From contig CAVYIM010000003.1 of NCBI GenBank assembly GCA_963768655.1, positions 768,001 to 832,000 of the forward strand: a DNA stretch of 64,000 nt, read 5' to 3'. Within the stretch, counting starts at the first letter, position 1. Every line of letters starts with the position of its first letter. Source of the DNA: an uncultured Chloroflexia bacterium (lineage in GTDB: Bacteria; Chloroflexota; Limnocylindria; Limnocylindrales; CSP1-4). Below the pieces are notes generated by a model that saw only the letters and a program-made list of their open reading frames with translations, made no database searches and had not been told where the DNA came from. Shown here piece after piece: positions 39,139 to 48,154 of this stretch. The translations under genes and the position numbers were made by a program.

Positions 39139-39396
39139 TCAGCTCGCCATCAGCGGCAGGCGTGCGGTCAGGGCTCGGTTCGTGCAGGCGGCCGGGTGGC
39201 GCAACCCGTCGATTGCCTTCGCCTCGCTGGCTCCGGCGACCTCGACCGTGGGCTGAACCTGCGTGGGGGCGGGGACGGCGGCCGCGGACTCCTGGATCGT
39301 GCCCAGCCGGACCGGGCGCTCCGGGCTCTCGGGCGTGAGCTCGCGGCCGGATGGTGTGTCGTTGGGCCTGGCGATGATCGAGGCGTGACCGTCCAT
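39139..39396 (-). CDS. Possible small hypothetical protein
   Basis: ATG-start ORF between the repeat array and etfB; no recognisable motif. Confidence 0.25.
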   Translation of the reverse strand: MDGHASIIARPNDTPSGRELTPESPERPVRLGTIQESAAAVPAPTQVQPTVEVAGASEAKAIDGLRHPAACTNRALTARLPLMAS

Positions 39397-39428
39397 GGCC
39401 GGAGGATGCCCCGCCGCGCGGAGGGCAC

Positions 39429-39514
39429 GGGAGTGCCATCAGGTTGCGGTGGGAGTGCCATCGGGTTGCGGCAGGAGTGCCATCAGGTCGCGGCGGGCGG
39501 GCCATTCGGCCCCG
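39429..39514. promoter_or_regulatory. Array of three 22-bp direct repeats plus a palindromic DosR-like box
   Basis: RGGAGTGCCATCRGGTYGCGGY at 39429, 39451, 39473, then GGGCCATTCGGCCC at 39499. Confidence 0.7.
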
Positions 39515-39593
39515 CCGCATTACCTGCGAGGTCGCAGGGTTCGGCCCGACGCCGCTAGACTGCACCGAGTCTCCGCACCGCAGTGGAGTCGCG

Positions 39594-40632
39594 ATGGAAT
39601 CCAGAAGGCTTGTCGTCGCTGGGCTGACGGTCGCGGCGGTGGCGCTCATCGTCGCGGGCGTGGTTGCAGTCGCTATCGACTCCGGATCGCCGGCCGGCCC
39701 GTCCACGGCGTCGGCGAGTCTGCCCGGGACACAGACCGGCTCGTACTCCTTCGGCACGCCGTCCCCCAGCGCGCCTCTGCCGACACCGTCCGGGTCTCCC
39801 GGCCAAACGCCCAGCCAGGTCTCTCCGTCTCCGTCGCTCGCGCCCTCGCCCTCTGCCGGCACGACCGGCTTCGTGGTGCGAGGCGCCTCGATCGTCTACT
39901 ACGCGGCCGATGGCACAGTCGTGCCGGTGGAGCCAGTCCCAGGTCTGGGCATGGCTCTCGTCGACGGTCAGGCGCGGTACTACGCGCTAGCGACCAACCC
40001 TTACGGTCTTCGGGCGGGTGCCTATGCGGGAGAGTTCATGCCGAACGTGACCATGCAGCAGGCTGACGGCTCGAGCGCGCAGACTGGTGGGATCGTGCTG
40101 GTCGGGACTGTCGCCAATCGGCTCATCGCCACCCAGCTGGCGTCCTATTCGAATTCAGGCCGACCGCTGGATCGTGGCCTTGCCGGTGGACATCAGAGGG
40201 GCCACGGGGTCGGTCGGAGTCGTGTTCGATCAGTTCGGTTTGCACGGCTGGTCGGATACGCCGCGTGTCACGGTCCGCTTCTCCGGCCAGCTGCCCGTTG
40301 TCAACGTCATCCCGGCCAACACCGGCTACCACGTGCTCGTGGAGCAGCTCGGGGTCACGACCTGGCAGGCGATCGACCCGACGCGGCTCAGTCTCTCGAC
40401 CACCGCCCTGGACCCGAGTCACCTGATGAACGAGCTGCTGATCTACGGGACCGGGACTCCCAGCACACGCACGGACGTCACCGTAAACAAACGCGTGCCG
40501 GTGGGCCGGGCGATGCTGTCCGCGACCGGCGAGGTGAGCGTCTCGTTGGTGGTCCCCGGCAGCCGAGCTGACCTCGGGCCGGATCGGATCCTCACGGTGG
40601 CTGACGTCCCTGTCTTCGTCGCGTCTTCCTAG
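39594..40632 (+). CDS. Hypothetical secreted or membrane-anchored protein; frameshift near 40155
   Basis: N-terminal TM, Ser/Pro linker; coding-style sequence continues in the +1 frame (QADRWIVALPVD). Confidence 0.65.
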
Positions 40633-40807
40633 CCTCCCCCCTGGCCGCGGCCGGGGCCGGCTGCGTTTCTGCCGGCTGCGTTCTGGGCCTGCCGGGTCCT
40701 TCTCCGGGAGGGTTCGTCCGCGCCCCGAATCCGACCTGGGAATGATCCGGGCGGTGGGTCCGATCACTAGACTTGACGCGGCCGAAGGGCGAAAGCGAGG
40801 TAGGGCG

Positions 40808-41458
40808 ATGAGCAACTGCTGGGACGATCGGGATCGCGACAGGGAACACGGCGGGCTCGCCCTGGGCGTCCTGCTGATCGTGCTCGGGGTTCTGTTCCTG
40901 GCCGGCGAGCAGTTCCACGTCGACTGGGGCAGCTATGGCTGGCCGATGTTCGTGATCGTGCCCGGCGTCGTGTTGCTGGTCGTGGGCCTGGCCGTGCCCA
41001 ACGAAGCCGGCCTGGGCATGGCGATCCCGGGCGGGATCATCGCCACCGTAGGTCTGATTCTGGCCTTCCAGGATTCGACTGACACCTATGCCAGCTGGTC
41101 TTACGCGTGGGCCCTGGTAGCCCCCGGATCGGTTGGCGTTTCACTCTTCCTGTACGGGCTGCTGCATCGTCGAGCCGACCTCCTGGACTCAGGCATGCGG
41201 ACGGCCGCGGTAGGTCTCGGCCTGTTCGTCGGTTTCGGGCTCTTCTTCGAAAACGTGATCGGGATCGACGAGGGCAGTTCCACCACGGCGCTCCGTGACG
41301 CGATGCCCTTCCTGGCCGTAGTGCTGGGCGTGATCATCGTCGTCCTGAACGTCCTGCCGCGACCGCGCCGTAGCGGCGACAGGCCGGCGCCCTCCGATAC
41401 CTGGCAGGACGGCGGCGGGTCAGTTCCGCCCGCGCCGCAAGGCCCGGCCGGGGCCTGA
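40808..41458 (+). CDS. LiaI/LiaF-like membrane protein
   Basis: LGVLLIVLGVLFL...WPMFVIVPG; six hydrophobic segments. Confidence 0.75.
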   Translation: MSNCWDDRDRDREHGGLALGVLLIVLGVLFLAGEQFHVDWGSYGWPMFVIVPGVVLLVVGLAVPNEAGLGMAIPGGIIATVGLILAFQDSTDTYASWSYAWALVAPGSVGVSLFLYGLLHRRADLLDSGMRTAAVGLGLFVGFGLFFENVIGIDEGSSTTALRDAMPFLAVVLGVIIVVLNVLPRPRRSGDRPAPSDTWQDGGGSVPPAPQGPAGA

Positions 41459-41510
41459 GGACGCGCGCCCGTCTCAGCCGGATCGGGCCGCGGCGAGCCG
41501 CCGTGACAGG

Positions 41511-42809
41511 CTAGCGGACCTCGACGACGAGGAAGTCCATCGAGCCCGCGGGGATCTCGACGCGGATCTTCTCGCCGGCCCTGCGGCCAATCAACGCCCG
41601 CCCGATCGGTGACGTGAAGCTGATCTTGCCGGCATTGGCGTCGGCCTCGGCCGAGCCGACGATGGTGAACGTCTCCTCGCCGTGGCGGTCGGTCTCGACG
41701 ACGACTGTCGATCCGAGCTCGACCACGCTGCCGCCCTCGCTGGTGGAATGGATGATCACTGCATGCTTGATCATCTGCTCGAGCTGCTGGACGCGGCCTT
41801 CGAGGAAGGACTGCTCCTTGCGGGCGGCTTCGTAGTCGGCGTTCTCGCTCAGGTCGCCCAGCTCACGGGCGGCCTTGATGCGGGCGATGACCTCCGGGCG
41901 ACGGCGTGTCGTGAGCTCCTCCAGCTCGGTGCGCATGTTGGCCAGGCCTTCGGCCGTAAGGTGGGTCGGCGCGATCGCCATTCCGGGCGGGGGCGCGGCC
42001 AGCCGTCGGGCGCGGGTGGCAGGCTCGGCCCTGGGGATGGGCCGCCGCCGGGGCGTGTTGTCTCGGGACGAGACGGGTCTGGCCGGTGCCGGCTTGCGCG
42101 CGGCGGAGGCACGAGCGGCAGCGCGTGGCATAGAGGTACGTGCGCCGCGCGCGGAGCCGCGTGCCGGCGGAACTTCTTCCGGACCATCGGGCAGAACGGT
42201 CACGTGGGTCGGCCCGGCGGGGAGGCTGCCGGCGCTCTCGTCGTGCAGGGGCGCGGTCAGGCCGTGGCTCCGGTGTTCCCCCGACGGTGTGACCAGCACG
42301 CCGTACGGCAGCGCACCGGCCGTCTTGACGAAGCGGTCTATCAGGGCGTCCTCCCACAGTTCGGCGTCCCGAGTGGGGGACCACCAGATCCGGGTCCGGT
42401 TGAGATCGTGGAGCGTCTTGAGCCAGTAGCCGGCGGACTGCGGTCGCCGCTCACCGAGCAGCGTCTTGTACATGCCCGACAGGCGTGCGCCGACGGACTT
42501 CTGGCTCGACCCGACGTAGAGGATCACCTGGTTGGGCAGCCAGAACGAGGCCAGGCGCGTCTGCAGCTCAGCGACCGTCGGGCGCTTGCCGTCGAGGCGC
42601 AGGTCGGGCGCGCGATCGAGCCACTGGCGGACAGCCGTCGGGTCGATGGAGACCTTGGGCTGCGGCGCCGGCAGCTCCACGATGAAGACGCCGGGCCCGC
42701 TCGGGACGACGGGTCGTCCCCACAGGATCGGGCCTTCTACCGGGAGCTCGAGGGCCCGCAGCAGGTCATGACCGTTCAGGATCGTTGCCGGGGAGGGTGA
42801 AGTCGTCAC
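41511..42809 (-). CDS. greA: Transcription elongation factor GreA with N-terminal GIY-YIG-like domain
   Basis: C-terminal LTAEG...GDLSENADY...ISFTSPIGRAL; N-terminal GPGVFIV...ILYVGSS...GARL. Confidence 0.88.
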   Translation of the reverse strand: MTTSPSPATILNGHDLLRALELPVEGPILWGRPVVPSGPGVFIVELPAPQPKVSIDPTAVRQWLDRAPDLRLDGKRPTVAELQTRLASFWLPNQVILYVGSSQKSVGARLSGMYKTLLGERRPQSAGYWLKTLHDLNRTRIWWSPTRDAELWEDALIDRFVKTAGALPYGVLVTPSGEHRSHGLTAPLHDESAGSLPAGPTHVTVLPDGPEEVPPARGSARGARTSMPRAAARASAARKPAPARPVSSRDNTPRRRPIPRAEPATRARRLAAPPPGMAIAPTHLTAEGLANMRTELEELTTRRRPEVIARIKAARELGDLSENADYEAARKEQSFLEGRVQQLEQMIKHAVIIHSTSEGGSVVELGSTVVVETDRHGEETFTIVGSAEADANAGKISFTSPIGRALIGRRAGEKIRVEIPAGSMDFLVVEVR

Positions 42810-42989
42810 CTGTGAACCGTGCTATGCGGCGCCGTTCTTGTCAAACGCGACCCCTCGCGGGCCCGCCGTGAGGCGTGGCGGGGCGTCCCGGGCATCCTTT
42901 CGCGCGGCAAACGATTGCCGCTGTAGCATGGGCCCGGCCCATGTTCGTGGCCCGGAGGGGACCCTTGCCTGGTTCGGAGGAGAACTCAC

Positions 42990-43285
42990 GTGCGACGGAT
43001 AGGTTTGGTCCTCGCGGCGGCCGCGGTCTTGATCGCCGCTCCGACTTCAAGCTCAACTGGAACGTATCGCCATACAAGGGGCCGGGGACCTACGCCGATC
43101 CCTCGACCTACCAGGGCTCCGTAGAGCTCGACGCCAGCAACGGAGACGAATACGACCCGGTGACGGCAAGCGTGTTGTCTCTCACGGTCAAGGCCGACGG
43201 TTCGGGCTCGGCGACGTTCAAGAACCTGGAGGATCAGTACACCAACGCGGCCGTGAGCGGCAGCGAGACGTGGACCTGTGGCTGA
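42990..43285 (+). pseudogene. Internally deleted secreted or lipoprotein gene remnant
   Basis: GGAGGAG RBS and GTG encode signal peptide MRRIGLVLAAAAVLIAA; beta-rich C-terminus (...GSETWTCG) lies in another frame. Confidence 0.55.
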
Positions 43286-43363
43286 GCCCGGGGCCGCTCG
43301 GCGGGCACCGGATGTGGATCCCGCTCCTTTGCGAGTTGCGGTAGCGGGCCGCCTGGCGACGAG

Positions 43364-44566
43364 CTACCTCATGAGCGTCGGATCCTCTGCGACCGGGATG
43401 CCGAGCAGGAGCGGCAGGCCCATGCGGTTGGTGTAGATCGGGCGGTATCGATCGACGTTGTACATCGTGGCGATATCGATCGAGCGCGGGCCCTGGTCGG
43501 GATTCGGCAGCGGGGAGTGGCTGTACTTGCCGCCGCGGATGGCGACCATCCGGCCGCTGATGCCGTCGGCGATCAGGTTCATGGCCACGTTGGCGAAGGT
43601 GATGCCGACGATCGAGTCGACTGCGTCCGGGTCGCCTGAGCGCAGGTCGTAGGTCAGCTCACTGGCGAGCGTCTCATGACCCGAGCGGGCCTGGATCTCC
43701 GACGCGAGCACTTCGGCGATGTTGGCCTTGTGGCGGTGTCCGAAGGAGTCGGCGGGGCCGTACTCGGTCAACTCGCCGCCCTTCCAGATCGCGCCCTCGG
43801 CGGCGATGGCAAATGAGTACTTGCTGGGATTGTTGCGCTTGTCCTCGACGAGCAGCTCGACCAGGTGGTCCAGGTCGAACTCGTACTCGGGGATCAGGCA
43901 GCGACCGCTGGTGACGTAGGCCGTGTACAGCGCAGTGAAGCCGGCGTCGCGGCCGAAGATGCGGAAGACGCCGATCCGCTCGTGCGAGCCGAGGGTGGTC
44001 CGCTGGCGGTTGATCGCCTCCTTCGCCCGGGTGATGGCCGTCGAGAAGCCGATGCAGTATTCGGTGCCCTGAACGTCGTTGTCCATGGTCTTGGGCACGG
44101 CCACGAGCTTCACGCCGGCGTCGGCCAGGACCTGGCTGAAGCTCAGCGTGTCATCGCCGCCGATCGGGACCAGGTAGTCGAGACCGAGGCGCTTGATGTT
44201 CTCGAGGACGATCGGGGTGAAGTCGTAGACGCCGTCCTTGACCTCGAGCTGCTTCAGGCGTTCGGCCGAGACGTGCGCCGGGGTCTTGCCGGCCTTCATC
44301 TTGCGGGCGTTCGTCCGCGAGGTGTGCAGCCATGTTCCGCCGGTTCGATCGATCGAGCGGGTGTTGGTCCGATCGAGCGGAATGATGTAGTCGGTGTCGA
44401 GGCCGGGGCCCGGCTTCATGTGGGTCAGGCCTTCCCAGCCGCGCCGGATGCCGTAGACCTCGTAGCCAAGCTCGGTTGCGCGATAGACAACGCTCTTGAT
44501 GACGGCGTTGAGTCCGGGGACGTCGCCGCCTCCGGTCAGGATGCCGATGCGCGGGGTTCGAGTCAT
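43364..44566 (-). CDS. pfkA: 6-phosphofructokinase (group III, probably PPi-dependent)
   Basis: TGGGDVPGLN, GGTWLHTSR, GGDDT, PKTMDND, FGRDAG. Confidence 0.9.
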   Translation of the reverse strand: MTRTPRIGILTGGGDVPGLNAVIKSVVYRATELGYEVYGIRRGWEGLTHMKPGPGLDTDYIIPLDRTNTRSIDRTGGTWLHTSRTNARKMKAGKTPAHVSAERLKQLEVKDGVYDFTPIVLENIKRLGLDYLVPIGGDDTLSFSQVLADAGVKLVAVPKTMDNDVQGTEYCIGFSTAITRAKEAINRQRTTLGSHERIGVFRIFGRDAGFTALYTAYVTSGRCLIPEYEFDLDHLVELLVEDKRNNPSKYSFAIAAEGAIWKGGELTEYGPADSFGHRHKANIAEVLASEIQARSGHETLASELTYDLRSGDPDAVDSIVGITFANVAMNLIADGISGRMVAIRGGKYSHSPLPNPDQGPRSIDIATMYNVDRYRPIYTNRMGLPLLLGIPVAEDPTLMR

Positions 44567-44765
44567 GCGTGCCTTCCGTGGATGAGGGGCGCGGCCGGGG
44601 CAGCGGTCGCGACGTTCAGGCGCAGCCGAATTCCGGCCGCGATGGACCCGTCCGATTTGCCGGCCCATTCTAGGCGACCGGCGACGCCGCGCGAAGTGGC
44701 CGCGAAGCGGCGCGGCTGGGACGCGCCCGTGACGGCGCCGCGCGTCGGCCCCCCGCCCGTCCGCG

Positions 44766-45644
44766 CTACCGCTCGAACTGGTACCGCAGGAAGAGGTCGT
44801 CGCCGGCGCGGCGGACGGCGAGCAGCTTCGACCAGCGGCCGTGATGATCGCCGAAGCTCGTGCCTTCGACCAGGGCCAGGCGGTGCGCGTACGTGTCGCG
44901 GCCGACGATCTGCGGCGCCAGCGTGAGGAACAGCTCGTCGATGAGGCGCGCCCGCAGCAGCTCGCCAAAGAGGTGCGGGCCGCCCTCGCAGAGTGCCAGG
45001 CGGGCGCCCGTGCCTCGGACCAGCTCCAGGATCGCCCCGGCCGGAACCCGCTCCTCGGAACCGACCGCCTCCACCTTCATGTTCGCGGGGAGCGGCCGCG
45101 CGCCGAGGCGCGCCGCTCCGGCGGGGGTCGTGGCCACGATCACCGGAACATCCGGCGCGGAGAGGCCCGGGTGAGCGGGATCGAGGTTGCCGCTGGCGGT
45201 CACGACGATCGTGGTGGGCTGGACCGGCAGCCACAGCTCGGCGCGCCACGCGGCGAAGTCATCGGCGAGGGCCGGATACAGGTAACCGGCCGTCCAGCGG
45301 TGGCGGTTCCCGACGCGCACCGTCCCGGCCCCGACGATCACGACGTCCGCGAGGCCCCGCAGCAGGGCCATCATGAATCGGTCGGCGTCGGAGAAGCCGC
45401 TGATCTCGCCCCCTCCGGCAGCGGGCTCGCTCGGGCCGAGGGCGACTGCGCCGTCGACGGTCGACACGAAGTTGGCGATCACCGTGGGGCGCTCCGGGAT
45501 GAGCGTCACCGCAAGTTCGCCTGCGTAGCGCGCTGCCAGAGCCGGCGGCAGCGGCCCGCCTCGCGCATCGACTCCCTCGGCAGACACGGTCTCCGGGGCG
45601 TGCCAGAGCGGCTCGAGCGCCAGCCCTTCGCTACGACCTGCCAC
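44766..45644 (-). CDS. RibD C-terminal/dihydrofolate reductase family protein
   Basis: ANFVSTVDG, VGAGT, CEGGPHLFG, IDELFLTLAP. Confidence 0.85.
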   Translation of the reverse strand: MAGRSEGLALEPLWHAPETVSAEGVDARGGPLPPALAARYAGELAVTLIPERPTVIANFVSTVDGAVALGPSEPAAGGGEISGFSDADRFMMALLRGLADVVIVGAGTVRVGNRHRWTAGYLYPALADDFAAWRAELWLPVQPTTIVVTASGNLDPAHPGLSAPDVPVIVATTPAGAARLGARPLPANMKVEAVGSEERVPAGAILELVRGTGARLALCEGGPHLFGELLRARLIDELFLTLAPQIVGRDTYAHRLALVEGTSFGDHHGRWSKLLAVRRAGDDLFLRYQFER

Positions 45645-45679
45645 CTGGGCTCCTCGTCACGTCCGGTGCGCCGGTGTCG

Positions 45680-46438
45680 TCACTCGCGGACCCCGCGTCC
45701 CATTCCGGCCAGATCGTAGAACTCGGAGCGCAGCGCGGCGCTGGTTTCATACGCCCCGCGGAACGCGGTCGTGCGAGTCATCGGATGGGTTTCGCGCACG
45801 CCGCGCATCTGGGTGCAGAGATGGTGCGCCTCCATTGTCACAGCCACGCCGTGCGGTTCGGTCAGCTCGACCAGGGCCTCTGCGATCTGGTTGGTCATCC
45901 GCTCCTGGACGCCGAAACGGCGCGTGGCGATGCGAACCAGCCGGGTCAACTTGCTGATGCCGATGATGTGCTCGTGGGCGATGTAGCCGACGAAGGCATG
46001 GCCCATGAAGGGCAGGGCGTGATGCTCGCACAGCGCGGTGAAGGGGATCGGCCCCTCGACCACCTGGGACAGCTCGCAGCTGGCGCCGCCGTAGCACTCG
46101 GTCGGGAAGACGGTCACGAGCTTGGGGTCGCCGTCATAGCCCTCGGTCGAGTCGAACAGGGCGCGAACGAACCGGCGCGGTGTGTCGCGCGTGCCGGGCG
46201 TGTCGAGCTGCAGACCCATCGCCGACAGTATCTCGCCCATGTTGGCCTCGTAGCGCGCCCAGTCCTCCGGCGAGATGGCGGCACGGCGGCGGCGGATGCC
46301 GGCGTCGTCGAACTCGATCGACAGGCCGGCCGCATGGTGGTGGACCACGCCGTCGAGGTCGTCGTCCGAATGCTCGTGGCGGTCAAGCCGCAGCGGCGCG
46401 TTCAGGTTCGCGTTGCCGGCTTCGTCGTGCGTCGTCAT
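45680..46438 (-). CDS. folE: GTP cyclohydrolase I
   Basis: TPRR, LCEHHALPF, GISKLTR, VQERMT, HLCTQMRGV. Confidence 0.92.
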   Translation of the reverse strand: MTTHDEAGNANLNAPLRLDRHEHSDDDLDGVVHHHAAGLSIEFDDAGIRRRRAAISPEDWARYEANMGEILSAMGLQLDTPGTRDTPRRFVRALFDSTEGYDGDPKLVTVFPTECYGGASCELSQVVEGPIPFTALCEHHALPFMGHAFVGYIAHEHIIGISKLTRLVRIATRRFGVQERMTNQIAEALVELTEPHGVAVTMEAHHLCTQMRGVRETHPMTRTTAFRGAYETSAALRSEFYDLAGMGRGVRE

Positions 46439-46556
46439 TTCGGCCTCCCTGTCCGAACATCCTCCCTGTCCGAACAATATGGCCCTTCGTCGCGACTCGC
46501 CCGCCGGGCCGGCCGGCACGGTCGCGGCGTCGGGAACGAACCCGCGCCGCGACCGG

Positions 46557-46979
46557 TCAGAGCAGCCGCAGTTCGGTGGCTTCGTTCGTGTCGATGCTGC
46601 GGGCGCAGGTCGGGCAGTACCAGCGCGCTTCGAGCGGAGTGCCGCAGGTCTCGTGCCGGAGGGCGTCGGACGAGTCGGCGCGGGAGCCCCAGTCGGCCAG
46701 GAGGCGCAGCGCGCCGGCGAGTTCGAGGCCGTCGGCGGTCAGCTCGTAGCTCAGGCGGAGTGGGCGCTCCGAATAGGGCCGCGTCAGCAGAACCCGCTCG
46801 CGTTCGAGGCGTTTGAGCCGGTCCGACAGGATGTTCGGGGCGATCCCCGACAGTGCCGTCTGCAGGTCGTTGAAGCGGCGCGGGCCGTCGAGCAGCGCCT
46901 CGACGACGAGCAGGCTCCAGCGGTCGCCGACGCGATCGAGCGCGGCCTGGAGGGGGGATGGAGCTGCTTCTCCGGTCAC
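46557..46979 (-). CDS. HxlR family winged-helix regulator
   Basis: VGDRWSLL..GPRRFNDL..GIAPNILSDRLK..YELT..G; C-terminal HxxC...CxxC. Confidence 0.9.
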   Translation of the reverse strand: MTGEAAPSPLQAALDRVGDRWSLLVVEALLDGPRRFNDLQTALSGIAPNILSDRLKRLERERVLLTRPYSERPLRLSYELTADGLELAGALRLLADWGSRADSSDALRHETCGTPLEARWYCPTCARSIDTNEATELRLL

Positions 46980-47026
46980 GGCGACATCGTAGCGAGTCCG
47001 GGTCTTGCGCGATCCGGCGTGGCGTT

Positions 47027-47049
47027 GTAACTTGCAACTCGCTAGTTAC
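47027..47049. promoter_or_regulatory. Palindromic operator between divergent hxlR and protease genes
   Basis: GTAACTTGC-N5-GCTAGTTAC (8/9 inverted), AT-rich island in GC-rich DNA. Confidence 0.55.
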
Positions 47050-47103
47050 TACGACGGACGTTGACGAGGCCGCAAGAGCGGCGCGGCCAAGGAGCAGTTT
47101 CGA

Positions 47104-48031
47104 ATGGGCGCACTGGACGAACTTTCGGCGGCGGTGTCAAAGGTGGCCGGGCTGGCGGGCCCGAGCGTGGTCGGGATCGGCGGGCGATGGCGCCGCGGGT
47201 CCGGGGTGATCGTGGCGGAGAACCGAGTGCTCACCAACGCCCACAACGTCCACGGTGACGAGGCCACGTGCGTGTTCGCGGACGGCCGTCGAGCTCGCGG
47301 CAGGCTGCTCGGTGAGGACATGGATGGCGATCTCGCCGTTCTCGAAGTCGACACGGCCGGCGCGGCCGCGCTTCCCTGGGCGAACGCGAAGTCGGCGCCG
47401 GCGGTCGGCTCGATCGTGTTTGCCGTAGCCAGCGCCGCGGCGGGCGGCGTTCGGACGACGGTCGGCATGGTCTCCGGCGTGGAGCGCTCGTTCCGCGGCC
47501 CGGGCGGCCGGCTGATCGGCGGCAGCATCGAGCACACGGCGCCGCTGGCGTCGGGCTCGTCCGGAAGCCCGGTCCTGGACGGCGAGGGGCGGCTGCTCGG
47601 TATCAACACCCAGCGGATCGGCGAGGGGTTCTACCTCGCGCTTCCGGCGGACGAAAGCCTGCGGGCTCGAAATCGACGCCCTGGGTCGAGGCGAGTCGAC
47701 CGTTCGGCCGCGGCTCGGCATTGCCGTCGCGCCCGGCCACGTGGCCCGACATCTGCGGCGAGCGGTCGGCCTGCCCGACCGTGACGGCGTCCTGGTTCGC
47801 GGCGTCGAGGAAGGCAGCCCGGCCGAGTCGGCGGGGATCCGCGAGGGCGACCTGATCGTGTCCGCCGGCGGCGCTCCCATCGAAGACCCGGACGCTCTGC
47901 ACGAAGCCCTGGCGCGGGCCGGCTCCGGCAACCTCGACCTCGGTCTGGTTCGTGGGGTCGAAGAGCTGACGGTCACGGTCGACCTGGGCGGCGAGGCTTC
48001 GGGTGGCGAGGCTTCGAAGAAGGCGAACTGA
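47104..48031 (+). CDS. HtrA-like trypsin serine protease with PDZ domain; frameshift near 47671
   Basis: TNAHNV, DLAVL, GSSGSP triad; removing one A gives RIDALGRG..RLGIAV..GSPAESAGIREGDLI. Confidence 0.85.
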
Positions 48032-48154
48032 TCGAAGGCGTTAGCTGGGTCGAGGAACCGCTGGCGAGGCACGCGGAGCCCCGCTCGGCAGGCCTGGCCT
48101 GTGCGCTAGTCTTGAGGCGCTCCGGCTCGTGGGAGATGCCTGCAGTGGGGCCGT

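Noticed and set aside
39429-39494. 22-bp repeats as a CRISPR array, iterons or sigma54 promoters
   Set aside because: No spacers and no cas or rep gene; TGGCAC with GG-N10-GC spacing is present on the minus strand but lacks TTGC; recurrence with a palindrome at 34802 favours regulator boxes
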